A program made the translations under genes and the position numbers. From an uncultured Actinomycetota bacterium (GTDB lineage: Bacteria > Actinomycetota > Actinomycetes > JAHEKZ01), in the NCBI GenBank assembly GCA_963718235.1, contig CAVQYR010000002.1, positions 768,001 to 832,000 on the forward strand: DNA of 64,000 bases, given 5' to 3'. This document shows positions 20,153-29,660 of this stretch, in pieces (positions within the stretch are counted from its first letter, which is position 1; the number at the start of each line of letters is the position of its first letter). The notes below the pieces were generated by a model. The model made no database searches, was not told the origin of the DNA, and worked only from the letters and a program-made list of their open reading frames with translations.

Positions 20153-20954
20153 CGTGCGCTTCGACGTGATCACCGTGTTCCCGGAGTACTTCGTGCCGCT
20201 CGAGGTGTCCCTGCTGGGCCGGGCGAGGTCCGCCGGGCTCATCGACGTCCGGGTGCACGACCTACGTGACTTCACCACCGACCGCCACCGGACCGTCGAC
20301 GACACCCCGTACGGCGGCGGGGCCGGCATGGTGATGAAGCCCGAGCCATGGGGGGCCGCCCTCGTCCGGGTGCACCACGAGGTGGGTGGCGCAGGGGGCC
20401 CTCGACCGAGGTTGGTCGTTCCCACCCCGGCGGGTCGACCGTTTCGGCAGTCCGACGCGGTCGAGCTCGCCAGCGTGCCGTCGATCGCCTTCGCCTGCGG
20501 GCGCTACGAGGGCATCGACCAACGAGTCGTCGAGCAGGCCCGCGAGGCGTGGCAGGTCGACGAGCTCTCACTGGGCGACTACGTCCTCAACGGGGGCGAG
20601 GTGGCCGCGCTGGCCATGATCGAGGCGGTCTCTCGGCTCCTGCCGGGAGTCTTGGGCAACGTCGACTCCCTCGCGGAGGAGTCGCACAACGACGGGCTGC
20701 TCGAGTACCCCGTGTTCACCAAGCCGGCGGTGTGGCGCACGAGGACCGTCCCGGCGGTCCTGCAGTCTGGGCACCATCAGCAGATCGCCCGTTGGCGTCG
20801 TGACGAGGCACTGCGGCGGACGGCGTCGGTGCGACCGGACCTCCTGCGTTGCTACCCTCCAGCGCACTGCGACCCCCACGACCTGGAGCTCCTGGAGACC
20901 CTGGGCTGGTACGCCAGTGGCGAGGGGTTCAGCGACCGGCCACCCGCAGACTGA
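20145..20954 (+). CDS. trmD: tRNA m1G37 methyltransferase
   Basis: [31 protein letters not shown]. Confidence 0.97.
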   Translation: MPDVRFDVITVFPEYFVPLEVSLLGRARSAGLIDVRVHDLRDFTTDRHRTVDDTPYGGGAGMVMKPEPWGAALVRVHHEVGGAGGPRPRLVVPTPAGRPFRQSDAVELASVPSIAFACGRYEGIDQRVVEQAREAWQVDELSLGDYVLNGGEVAALAMIEAVSRLLPGVLGNVDSLAEESHNDGLLEYPVFTKPAVWRTRTVPAVLQSGHHQQIARWRRDEALRRTASVRPDLLRCYPPAHCDPHDLELLETLGWYASGEGFSDRPPAD

Positions 20955-21010
20955 GCCAGATCCTTCGCCCGGGTACGCCGAGACCGGCGATTTCGCGGGG
21001 AATCGGCCGC

Positions 21011-21119
21011 TGTGGCACACTCGGGGGTCGCGGCTACCGCCCTGCCACAGGGGGGTCTCTTGCAGCCGCACTCATCCCCGCGAACCGTGGGTGACCTGTG
21101 GCGCCTTCGAGGAGCAGAC
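21011..21119 (+). promoter_or_regulatory. rplS promoter and structured 5' leader
   Basis: Extended -10 TGGCACACT at 21013-21021; complementary pairs GCGGCT/AGCCGC, CCCTG/CAGGG and GCCACAGG/CCTGTGGC. Confidence 0.5.
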
Positions 21120-21479
21120 ATGCACACGCTCGACTCCGTGGACGCAGCCTCACTGCGCAGCGACCTCCCGCAGTTCCGCCCCGGTGACGAGCTGAAGGTG
21201 CACGTCCGGGTCATCGAAGGCAACAAGAGCCGGATCCAGGTCTTCCAGGGCGTCGTGATGCGTCGCTCCGGCGGTGGGGTTCGCGAGACCTTCACCGTGC
21301 GCAAGATCAGCTACGGCGTCGGCGTCGAGCGGACCTTCCCCGTCCACTCCCCGGTGCTCGAGAAGATCGAGGTCGTCCGCCGGGGTGACGTCCGCCGGGC
21401 GAAGCTCTACTACCTGCGCGACCGCCGGGGCAAGGCAGCCAAGATCAAGGAGCGACGCGACAACGTCGTCGGCGACTGA
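21120..21479 (+). CDS. rplS: 50S ribosomal protein L19
   Basis: [38 protein letters not shown]. Confidence 0.97.
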   Translation: MHTLDSVDAASLRSDLPQFRPGDELKVHVRVIEGNKSRIQVFQGVVMRRSGGGVRETFTVRKISYGVGVERTFPVHSPVLEKIEVVRRGDVRRAKLYYLRDRRGKAAKIKERRDNVVGD

Positions 21480-21527
21480 GCGTGGCGTCTCGCCGACCAC
21501 CGGGCGCCGCATAGGCTTCCGGTCACC

Positions 21528-22286
21528 ATGGACTCCACCGATACGACGCCACCGTCGTCGCCGGCCGGGGCCGCCGTCGGAGACATCCGCCCGTCAGGAC
21601 ACCGCCGCAAACGGTCCCACTCGGGCTCGTTCTGGCGAGAGCTCCCCGTACTCGTTCTGATCGCGCTGGCCTTGGCACTGCTGCTCAAGACCTTCCTGGT
21701 GCAGGCTTTCTACATCCCCTCCGGGTCCATGGAGAACACTCTCCAGGTCGGCGACCGGGTCCTGGTCAACCGGATGGTCTACCGGCTGGGCGACATCGAG
21801 CGCGGTGACGTCATCGTCTTCAACGGCGTCGACTCCTGGACTCCGGAGGTGCAGATCGCCGAGCCCTCCAACCCGGTGGCCAAGGTCGTGTCGACGATCG
21901 CCGGAGCGTTCGGCTTCGCCACGCCCAACGAGAAGGACTTCATCAAGCGGGTCATCGGGATCCCCGGCGACCGGGTGAAGTGCTGCGACAAGCAGGGGCG
22001 GATCCAGGTCAACGGCGTGCCCCTGGACGAGACGTACCTGTTCCCCGGTGACAAGCCTTCGGAGCAGCAGTTCGACGTCGTCGTGCCCGAGGGCCGGGTC
22101 TGGGTGATGGGCGACCACCGAGGAGCGTCGTCGGACTCTCGCTACCACCTGGGTGACCCCGGGGGTGGGACGATCCCGATCGACCACGTGGTCGGCAAGG
22201 CCTTTCTGGTCGTCTGGCCGTTCAGCCACTTCGCCCCCCTGCCGGCTCCGGACACCTTCAGCCAGCCCGGTCTGACCGACCAGTGA
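21528..22286 (+). CDS. lepB: Signal peptidase I
   Basis: TM then IPSGSMENTL, FIKRVIG, GDHRGASSDSR. Confidence 0.95.
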   Translation: MDSTDTTPPSSPAGAAVGDIRPSGHRRKRSHSGSFWRELPVLVLIALALALLLKTFLVQAFYIPSGSMENTLQVGDRVLVNRMVYRLGDIERGDVIVFNGVDSWTPEVQIAEPSNPVAKVVSTIAGAFGFATPNEKDFIKRVIGIPGDRVKCCDKQGRIQVNGVPLDETYLFPGDKPSEQQFDVVVPEGRVWVMGDHRGASSDSRYHLGDPGGGTIPIDHVVGKAFLVVWPFSHFAPLPAPDTFSQPGLTDQ

Positions 22287-22307
22287 CCGAGCAGTGACCG
22301 ACCCGTG
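22273..22307. repeat. Three imperfect 11-bp tandem copies across the lepB stop
   Basis: TGACCGACCAG / TGACCGAGCAG / TGACCGACCCG. Confidence 0.7.
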
Positions 22308-22326
22308 GTGGACGGGTGGCTGACCA

Positions 22327-23025
22327 GTGACTGACCCCGAGGAGTCGGTCGTGCGGCCCCGTCGGCAGCGACACGTCGTGGTCGAGACGGCGGTCATCAT
22401 CGTGATCAGCCTGGTCATCGCCGCCTTGGTGCGGGCCTTCGTCGCCCAGGCGTTCTACATCCCCTCCGGTTCGATGGAGAACACCCTCCTCGAGGGTGAC
22501 CGGATCCTGGTGAGCAAGGTGTCGCTGTGGTTCGACGACATCGACCGTGGCGACGTCGTGGTCTTCGAGGACCCGGGCGGCTGGCTGGGAGCGCCGCGCG
22601 CGGCGTCCGCCAACCCGGTACGCCGATTCCTGGAGTTCGTCGGCGTGGCACCGTCGAGCACCGAGGGCGACCTGGTGAAGCGGGTCATCGGCGTTGCAGG
22701 TGACGAGGTCTCGTGCTGTGACGCGCAGGGCCGGGTGACCGTCAACGGCCAGCCGCTCGACGAGCCCTACCTGTTTCCTGGCGACGACCCAGCCGACTGC
22801 CCGGAGGGCCAGTGCCGGTTCGACGTCACGGTCCCCGAGGGCTCGCTGTGGGTGATGGGTGACCATCGCACGGTGTCCGGCGACTCCCGGGTCCAGCCCA
22901 GACGCACCCAGTTCGTGCCGGAGGACCTCGTCGTCGGGCGGGCGGTCGCCGTGTTCTGGCCGCTGAGCCGGCTCGCCTGGCTGGGCACGCCGGACACCTT
23001 CACCGATCGACTCGACCCGGGCTGA
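22327..23025 (+). CDS. lepB: Signal peptidase I, second tandem paralog
   Basis: IPSGSMENTL, LVKRVIG, GDHRTVSGDSR. Confidence 0.94.
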   Translation: MTDPEESVVRPRRQRHVVVETAVIIVISLVIAALVRAFVAQAFYIPSGSMENTLLEGDRILVSKVSLWFDDIDRGDVVVFEDPGGWLGAPRAASANPVRRFLEFVGVAPSSTEGDLVKRVIGVAGDEVSCCDAQGRVTVNGQPLDEPYLFPGDDPADCPEGQCRFDVTVPEGSLWVMGDHRTVSGDSRVQPRRTQFVPEDLVVGRAVAVFWPLSRLAWLGTPDTFTDRLDPG

Positions 23026-23027
23026 CC

Positions 23028-23540
23028 GTGCGGCCGCCGGTCGACCTCGCCACGCTGCCGAGACGGGCCTCGGTGCGGGTCGTGCTCAGCGCGCCCGGGC
23101 ACGACCTGGTCCTGCTCCCCACGTGCGACCCCGTCCGCCCGTCGCGGTCTCCCTGGTGGGAGCTGCCCGGGGGCGGGATCGAGCCGGCCGAGACGGCCGA
23201 GGCGGCGGCCGTCCGCGAGCTGGACGAGGAGCTCGGCGTCGCGATCGGCGTCGAGCAGGTCGTCGTGGGTCACTGGACCAGGACCGTGGTCTACCCCAGG
23301 GCCGACGGGTGGTGGTGGCAGGACGAGACGGTGGTGCGGGTGGCGCTCGACCAGGTGCCTGCCTGGTCGTTGACCGGCCGCACACCGGAGGAGCAGGCAG
23401 CGCATGGGCCGCCTCGGTGGTGGTCGGTCGACCAGGTCAGGCACAGCGTCGAACGGTTCTTCCCCGACTCCCTGCCTACCCTGCTGCCACGGTTTCTTCG
23501 CGGCGAACGAATCGCCGAGCCGCCGGTCGTGTTCTGGTGA
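23028..23540 (+). CDS. NUDIX hydrolase
   Basis: Nudix box GGIEPAETAEAAAVRELDEELG. Confidence 0.88.
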   Translation: MRPPVDLATLPRRASVRVVLSAPGHDLVLLPTCDPVRPSRSPWWELPGGGIEPAETAEAAAVRELDEELGVAIGVEQVVVGHWTRTVVYPRADGWWWQDETVVRVALDQVPAWSLTGRTPEEQAAHGPPRWWSVDQVRHSVERFFPDSLPTLLPRFLRGERIAEPPVVFW

Positions 23541-23572
23541 GCGGCAAAACCGCCTCGCCTACGCTGACCGTC

Positions 23573-24064
23573 ATGGAACCGGTGCGACGGCGCTCGGCGC
23601 GGGTGCTCGTCCTCGACGCCGACGACCGTCTGCTGCTGCTGCGTGGGGGAGATCCGGCGCGTCCGCAGTACGTCATCTGGCACGCCCCGGGCGGTGGGGT
23701 CGACGACGGCGAGGACGACGCCACGGCGGCGCGGCGTGAGCTGCGCGAGGAGACCGGACTGTCGGTCGACGCCGTCGGGGACCCGGTGTGGCTGCGCAGC
23801 CTGGTCTTCTCTTTCGACGGCGTGCTGTACGACCAGGATGAGGTGTTCTACTGCGTGCGGGTCGACGGACATGAGGTCGACGACAGTGGGCACACCGAGC
23901 TGGAGCGGCGCTACCTCAGCGGTCATCACTGGTTCTGTCTCGACGAGCTGCGCACCTGTCCGGATCTCCTTGCCCCACCGGACCTCGTCGAGCGACTGAC
24001 CGAGCTGCTGAGCGACGGACCGCCGTCGCTGCCGGTGCAGGTGCAGGGAGCGGTGCTGCCATGA
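23573..24064 (+). CDS. NUDIX hydrolase, second tandem copy
   Basis: Nudix box [22 protein letters not shown]; TACGCT-N7-ATG start. Confidence 0.88.
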   Translation: MEPVRRRSARVLVLDADDRLLLLRGGDPARPQYVIWHAPGGGVDDGEDDATAARRELREETGLSVDAVGDPVWLRSLVFSFDGVLYDQDEVFYCVRVDGHEVDDSGHTELERRYLSGHHWFCLDELRTCPDLLAPPDLVERLTELLSDGPPSLPVQVQGAVLP

Positions 24065-24813
24065 CCGCGGGCCGGGCACCCAGCGTGCGGGTCGAGCGAG
24101 CACTTATGCGTGACGGGCATGTCCTGGTGGCCGGCATGGACGAGGTGGGCCGGGGTGCACTTGCCGGTCCGGTGAGCGTCGGCGTCGCGGTGGTCGCCGA
24201 TCCCGTCGGTCGAACGCCGTCGGGGCTGCGCGACAGCAAGCTGTTGACACCGGAGGCCCGGAACCGACTGGTCCCTCGGATCCGGCGCTGGTCGGTCGCG
24301 TCCGCGGTCGGCCATGCAGGAGCCGGCGAGATCGACGCGTTCGGGATCATCGCAGCGCTGCGCCTGGCTGGTCTTCGGGCCCTGGCGGCGCTGCCCCAGC
24401 GCCCCGACGTCGTGCTGCTCGACGGCAACCACGACTGGCTGTCGTCGTCCCCGCAGGGGTCGTTGTTCGACACCGATGCCGCCGACGACGCGGAGGTCCC
24501 GTCCGTCGTGACCCAGGTCAAGGCCGATCTCCGCTGCTCGGTCGTGGCCGCGGCGAGCGTCCTGGCGAAGACCGAGCGCGACCACCACATGGTGGCTCTG
24601 TCCGCCAGTCATCCTCGCTATGCGTGGGCCGAGAACAAGGGCTACGCCGCGCCGGCCCACGTCCAGGCGTTGGCCCAGCACGGACCGACCGAGCTGCACC
24701 GACGATCGTGGCGACTGCCGGGCTGCGGCCCGGACGGCGGTGACGGCTGGAACCCGAGGTGGGAAGAGAGCCCTCACGACGAACCGCCATCGACCACGAT
24801 CGTTGTGCCATAG
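24061..24813 (+). CDS. rnhB: Ribonuclease HII
   Basis: [32 protein letters not shown]. Confidence 0.95.
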   Translation: MTAGRAPSVRVERALMRDGHVLVAGMDEVGRGALAGPVSVGVAVVADPVGRTPSGLRDSKLLTPEARNRLVPRIRRWSVASAVGHAGAGEIDAFGIIAALRLAGLRALAALPQRPDVVLLDGNHDWLSSSPQGSLFDTDAADDAEVPSVVTQVKADLRCSVVAAASVLAKTERDHHMVALSASHPRYAWAENKGYAAPAHVQALAQHGPTELHRRSWRLPGCGPDGGDGWNPRWEESPHDEPPSTTIVVP

Positions 24814-24821
24814 TGCGGCCC

Positions 24822-25196
24822 ATGACTGCAATCGCCCGGCTGGCCTGGACGGCCATCGACTGCCCCCGCCCGCGTCAGCTCGCCGGCTTCTACTCGGCCA
24901 TCACCGGCTGGCCGATCGACGACAGCGCCGCCGACGACGAGTGGGTGACGTTGGTCAGCGACACGGGTGCAACCTTGGGCTTCCAGCGGGTCGACGACTA
25001 CCAGCCGCCGCAGTGGCCCGGCCAGGAGCACCCGCAGCAGGCCCATCTGGACTTCGAGGTCGACGACCTCGACGCCGGTGAGGCCGCCGTACTGGCCATG
25101 GGTGCGCGTAAGCACGCGGTGCAGCCCGGTACCGACTTCCGGGTCTACCTCGACCCCGACGACCACCCGTTCTGCCTCATCCTGCCTGGCGGTTAG
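24822..25196 (+). CDS. VOC/glyoxalase family protein
   Basis: IDCPRPRQLAGFYS, QQAHLD, VYLDPDDHPFCL. Confidence 0.88.
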   Translation: MTAIARLAWTAIDCPRPRQLAGFYSAITGWPIDDSAADDEWVTLVSDTGATLGFQRVDDYQPPQWPGQEHPQQAHLDFEVDDLDAGEAAVLAMGARKHAVQPGTDFRVYLDPDDHPFCLILPGG

Positions 25197-25213
25197 GCGC
25201 CGAAGGAGCCAGA

Positions 25214-27139
25214 TCAGCCCGAGGACGTGACGGCGATCCGGTCCAGGCTGGGCTCGGTGTTCGCCTGGTCGATCGAGAACGCGGTGACGTTCGTCCCGGC
25301 GAGCCGCACGGTCTGCCGACTGACCACGGGGACGATTGCGACCAGCTTCGAGGTGAGCCACTGGTCCAGGTGGGCCCAGCACGTTGGTGCCTGTGCAGGG
25401 AGAGCTGCGATGCATCGGTCGTAGTCGGACTGCACGCTGGGCACGTGCGTCACCGACATCCCCGCCCGCCGCAGTGCGCCGGGAGTCGCGCCCATGGCAG
25501 TGACCGCTAGGGCGCCGCCACGACCACTCGTGTCGGTGAGGAAGGGCTGGAACAGCGAGCCAGTGCCCGGGTAGTCGGCAATCCAGCCGAAGAAGCAGGC
25601 CACCATGTGGCTGGTGGGGCGGGAGCAGTCCTTGCGCTCGAACCGAAAGTCCGTGACGACGAACCGCGAACGAAGGCCGATGACCTCCATGGCGTCGGTG
25701 AGCTCATCCATCGGAGCGCCTCCGATGATCACCGGCCGGCAGGCCGCTGCCACGCAGTGGCCGTCTCGCCAGTAGCGGGACTTGCGCATCTCCGCCAAGG
25801 CCAGCTGTTGACGTGAGGCGGATGAGTCCACGAGGTCGGGTTGCCACCCGGCGAGCAGGTTGTCGCTGAGGGCATTGGGGACGAGATGGGAGGTCACCGG
25901 CCCGAACTGCACCCCCGTCTCGGCCAGCGACTCCTGGAGTCCCTGCCGGTCCAACGCAAGCGCGTAGGCGCGTCGCACGTGCACGTCGTCGAAGGGTGGC
26001 TGAGCGAGGTTGAAGGTCACCCAGCTTGTTCCGTTGCTCTCGCTTCGGTAGACCCGTGCGCGCTCCTCCGGCGTGCGGTACCGGGCGAGCTCCTCGAGCG
26101 ACGGGTCCTCACCGATCACGGTGTCCACGGAACCGTCGCGCAGGCCCTCGTACGGGTTCTGCCGGGGCTCGATCGTGATCTCGATCCGGTCCGGATAGGC
26201 CGGCCGGTTCGGGTCGGTGGCGGAGTCCCACGACGGGTTCCTGACCAGGACGAGCCGCCCGGGGCTGGGCGGGTCGAACCACCACGCCGGAGTGAAACCG
26301 GCGGCCGGCTGCTGCTGGTCGGGCGCAAGCGTGAAGTCGACCTGGTCAATCCCCTCGATCATGTACGGACCGGTCGACACCTGGAAGGGGCCGTAGCCGT
26401 CGTTGAGCGGCCGCTCCGGGTGCTCCTGGTCGAGCTGGAGCGTGTGGCCGGTCGCGACGCCGAGAGGGGCCGTGGGGTCGCTCGGGGACGGGGGGATCGG
26501 CGCACTGAACGCCATGGCCATGAGGTCGACGATCGAGCGGTCGGGACGTGTCTCGCGCAGCTGCAGGGTGTGGTCGTCGACCGCCACAGCACCGGCGATG
26601 GAGTCCGAGCGGCCGGCCACGAACGCCTCGTAGCCCTCGAGCAGTGGTTTCAGGTAGCCGAGTCCGGGGCCGTTTGCGGCCGCTGACCGCTCCAGCGCGC
26701 GCACGAAGTCGGCGGCGGTGACCTCGACGTCCTCGAGGGGTGGGGAGTAGTGGATCCCGGATCGCAGGTGGAAGGTCCAGGTGCGACCGTCTACCGACAC
26801 CGTCGGCGGCCCCTCGGCAAGGTCGGGGACCGCCCGGAACCCTTCGAAGCCCGGCAGGCCGCGGAAGGTCATGAGGGTGCGCTGCAGGCAGCAGCGCAGC
26901 ACCTCGAACTGGTCGAACATGTACGCGGCCTCCGGGTCGAAGCCGGCGTACGCGGGTTGGGGCATCGCCACGTGCAGCGTGCCACCAGGCGACGGCTCGG
27001 TCACCGCAGCCGCAGCGCGAGGCGAGGCGGTGCCGAGCGGTGGAGCAGCGACGGCCGCGACAGCGACCAGCCCAGTGACCAGCACCGCCAGCGCCAGCAA
27101 GGCAGTGGGCACGGGTCGCCACATCCCTCGGGCGGCCAT
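25214..27139 (-). CDS. Family-5 (Opp/Dpp-like) extracellular solute-binding protein
   Basis: Signal peptide; VPDLAEGPPTVSVDGRTWTFHLRSGI, STGPYMI, LVRNP, PPFDDVHVRRA; ATG overlaps the cyclase TGA. Confidence 0.88.
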   Translation of the reverse strand: MAARGMWRPVPTALLALAVLVTGLVAVAAVAAPPLGTASPRAAAAVTEPSPGGTLHVAMPQPAYAGFDPEAAYMFDQFEVLRCCLQRTLMTFRGLPGFEGFRAVPDLAEGPPTVSVDGRTWTFHLRSGIHYSPPLEDVEVTAADFVRALERSAAANGPGLGYLKPLLEGYEAFVAGRSDSIAGAVAVDDHTLQLRETRPDRSIVDLMAMAFSAPIPPSPSDPTAPLGVATGHTLQLDQEHPERPLNDGYGPFQVSTGPYMIEGIDQVDFTLAPDQQQPAAGFTPAWWFDPPSPGRLVLVRNPSWDSATDPNRPAYPDRIEITIEPRQNPYEGLRDGSVDTVIGEDPSLEELARYRTPEERARVYRSESNGTSWVTFNLAQPPFDDVHVRRAYALALDRQGLQESLAETGVQFGPVTSHLVPNALSDNLLAGWQPDLVDSSASRQQLALAEMRKSRYWRDGHCVAAACRPVIIGGAPMDELTDAMEVIGLRSRFVVTDFRFERKDCSRPTSHMVACFFGWIADYPGTGSLFQPFLTDTSGRGGALAVTAMGATPGALRRAGMSVTHVPSVQSDYDRCIAALPAQAPTCWAHLDQWLTSKLVAIVPVVSRQTVRLAGTNVTAFSIDQANTEPSLDRIAVTSSG

Positions 27140-28719
27140 CAGCCCACCTCTGCGACGACGACCCACGGTCGCCCTGCGTCGTCGACCGCCACCGCCACGG
27201 GTGCTCCGTCGACGGGAAACGTCCCCGTGACCGACCCGTCCGTCGGGTCAAGGGAGACCACATGCTCCGAACCTCCGCAGGTGACCCAGACCTGCGTCGA
27301 CGTCACCGCGAGATCGGTAGGGGCATCACAGCGAGCGCCGAGCTCGAGACGCAGTCGGGAGTCTCCGCCGGCCGAGAGCGAGAGCAGAGTGTCGTTGGGC
27401 TGGCTGGCCACCCAGACCGTCCCGTCCGGGGCGGTGGCGATGGCGGACGGCACGGCCCCGCCGGTTGAGAAGGCGGAGACCTCCGGTCGGCCACCGGATG
27501 TCTCGACCTTGAACACCGAGGGGCTCCGGCCCGCCGCCACCCAGGCGGTGTCTCCTCCTGCGACGACCGCAACGTCGACCGGTCCGGACGCGGCGGGCAC
27601 GGGGACCGAGGCGACCGAGCTGGTCGTGGTGTCGAAGCGTGTGACCACGGCGTCGCGAGTGGCCACGAACCACACGGCTCCGTCGGCGGCGTCCGTGGCT
27701 GACGTTCCGTCCGGCACGATGAACCCGGCGGGAGCAACCCCAGCGCCGCCGGACTGCAGTACGCCGACCCTTCGGTTGGGGTCGGAGCTGAAGCCAAAGG
27801 TGACCCAGACCTGGTCGGCCGTGTGGGAGAGGCCCGTCGGCGGGGCCGGTGTGCCGTAGACACGGACCGAGGCATCGTCGGTGACCACGACCTCCGAGAC
27901 CGTCTGTGAGCGAACGTCTGCAACCCAGACCTTGCCGTCACCGGTGGTCACCGCCTGGGGTGATCCGCCGGGCTGAAGGGCGACGGCCAGGTCGAACCCC
28001 GAGCCGTCAGCGGCAACGCGCGCCACAGAGTGGGCCGAGGGAACGACGGTGGTGCTGCGGGTGGCTCGCCACCCGAACCAGCCACCGATCACCAGCACCA
28101 GCACGGCGGCTACCACGACCGGCCACCAACGACGCCGCGCGCTCGATGCGGCGGTCGCCCCGACCGAGGCGCGAAGAGCAGCACCCTCTTCGGGCGGGAG
28201 CGGCTCAGGGCGGTCCACGTTGTCCACGGAGGTGACCTCGTACACCTGCCAGGGCTGCTCGACGCCCTTCAGTGTCTGGACTCCGTGGTCCGTCAGCCCG
28301 AACCCGGCGCCACGGGTCAGCTCAGCCACGGTGCTCGTGACGAGGACGTCGCCAGCGGTGGCCAGTCCCATCACCCGCGCGCCGACCACCACCGTGATGC
28401 CCGAGAGCTTGCCATCGGCCGGCTCACACTCACCGAAGTGGACGCCGGCGCGGATGCCGACCCCGAGCGCTCGCATGTCGTCGGACAGCAGGCAGGCGCA
28501 GCGAACGGCCGAGCCGGGGTCTGCGAACGAGGCGAAGAACCCATCACCTGCGGTGTCCAGCTCCTTGCCGCCGAGCTCCTTGAGGCGACGGCGCACGATC
28601 CGGTGGTGCTCGGCCACGAGACTGCGCCAACCCTTGTCGGCGAGCTCTTCGGCGAGCCGGGTGGAGTCGACGATGTCGGTGAACAACACCGCCGCAAGGA
28701 CCCTGCCCGCACGCGCCAC
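27139..28719 (-). CDS. Class III nucleotide cyclase - TM - extracellular beta-propeller receptor
   Basis: VLFTDIVDST, TAGDG, RAGVHFGE, GAR, LKG (Rv1900c/LipJ-like domain); RRRWW+TM; repeated VWV blades; CACAAT-N6-GTG start. Confidence 0.88.
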   Translation of the reverse strand: MARAGRVLAAVLFTDIVDSTRLAEELADKGWRSLVAEHHRIVRRRLKELGGKELDTAGDGFFASFADPGSAVRCACLLSDDMRALGVGIRAGVHFGECEPADGKLSGITVVVGARVMGLATAGDVLVTSTVAELTRGAGFGLTDHGVQTLKGVEQPWQVYEVTSVDNVDRPEPLPPEEGAALRASVGATAASSARRRWWPVVVAAVLVLVIGGWFGWRATRSTTVVPSAHSVARVAADGSGFDLAVALQPGGSPQAVTTGDGKVWVADVRSQTVSEVVVTDDASVRVYGTPAPPTGLSHTADQVWVTFGFSSDPNRRVGVLQSGGAGVAPAGFIVPDGTSATDAADGAVWFVATRDAVVTRFDTTTSSVASVPVPAASGPVDVAVVAGGDTAWVAAGRSPSVFKVETSGGRPEVSAFSTGGAVPSAIATAPDGTVWVASQPNDTLLSLSAGGDSRLRLELGARCDAPTDLAVTSTQVWVTCGGSEHVVSLDPTDGSVTGTFPVDGAPVAVAVDDAGRPWVVVAEVG

Positions 28720-28858
28720 CCCGGCATTGTGTCCCAGCGGCAGGCGTCTGGTGCCCGTTTGACCACCGGATGTCCCCACCTCTGACCCCGGGCGCCCACG
28801 GTCGTACGCTGCCCGCGGGACCACTTCCTGGCCCTCGAGCAGAGAGGACAGCAAGGTC

Positions 28859-29185
28859 ATGAGTGCTGAGGACCTCGAACGCTACGAGGCCGACCTGGAG
28901 CTGCAGCTGTACCGCGAGTACCGCGACGTGGTCGGCCTGTTCGCCTACGTGGTGGAGACCGAGCGGCGCTTCTACCTCACGAACCACGTCGACCTGCAGG
29001 TGCGGGGCACCGACACCGGTGAGGTGTTCTTCGAGGCCACCATGAGCGACGCCTGGGTGTGGGACATGTACCGGCCGGCTCGCTTCGTCAAGAACGTCAA
29101 GGTCCTGACCTTCAAGGACGTCAACGTCGAGGAGCTGGCCGCCACCGACCTCGAGCCCCCCAAACCGCTCGGTTTCGACCGCTGA
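28859..29185 (+). CDS. DUF2469 family protein
   Basis: MSAEDLERYE..LYREYRD..VETERRFYL, DAWVWDMYRPARF. Confidence 0.93.
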   Translation: MSAEDLERYEADLELQLYREYRDVVGLFAYVVETERRFYLTNHVDLQVRGTDTGEVFFEATMSDAWVWDMYRPARFVKNVKVLTFKDVNVEELAATDLEPPKPLGFDR

Positions 29186-29300
29186 CCGGTCGGCGAGGCT
29201 CGTCCCCAGGAATGGGGCACGGACGTCGTCCACACCCTCCGACGGGAGCCGCCCGCCCACGACCGATGACCGCCACTGTTGCGCGCGGAGGTGGTGACCG

Positions 29301-29660
29301 GTGCGGGCCAAGGACGGACTCGGACGGTACGGCGAGCAGGTGGCGGCCCAGCATCTGGTCGACCAGGGCCTGGTCGTGCTGGACCGCAACTGGCGGTGCG
29401 AGGTCGGCGAGATCGACATCGTGGCCCGCGACGGTGACACGCTGGTGGTGTGTGAGGTCAAGACCCGCAGCGGCTCCGGGTACGGCTCGCCACTGGAGGC
29501 GGTCACCGAGCAGAAGGCCCGGCGACTCCGCCGGTTGGCGGCTCGCTGGGTCCAGGCCAGCGGGCTGCACCCGTCGGCGATCAGGATCGACGTCGTCGCC
29601 GTGCTCGCCTCGGGGCGGGGGCCGGCCTCGGTGCAGCACGTGCGCGGAGTCGTCTGGTGA
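29301..29660 (+). CDS. yraN: YraN family endonuclease-like protein
   Basis: LGRYGE, RNWRC..GEIDIVA, EVKTR, RIDVV. Confidence 0.92.
   Translation: MRAKDGLGRYGEQVAAQHLVDQGLVVLDRNWRCEVGEIDIVARDGDTLVVCEVKTRSGSGYGSPLEAVTEQKARRLRRLAARWVQASGLHPSAIRIDVVAVLASGRGPASVQHVRGVVW

Noticed and set aside
27137-27141. Cyclase and SBP as one gene split by a sequencing frameshift
   Set aside because: Clean TGATG coupling, and the SBP has its own signal peptide
24822-28719. Islet as a mobile element or Pycsar-type defence system
   Set aside because: No transposase, integrase or flanking repeats; no cNMP-binding effector beside the cyclase
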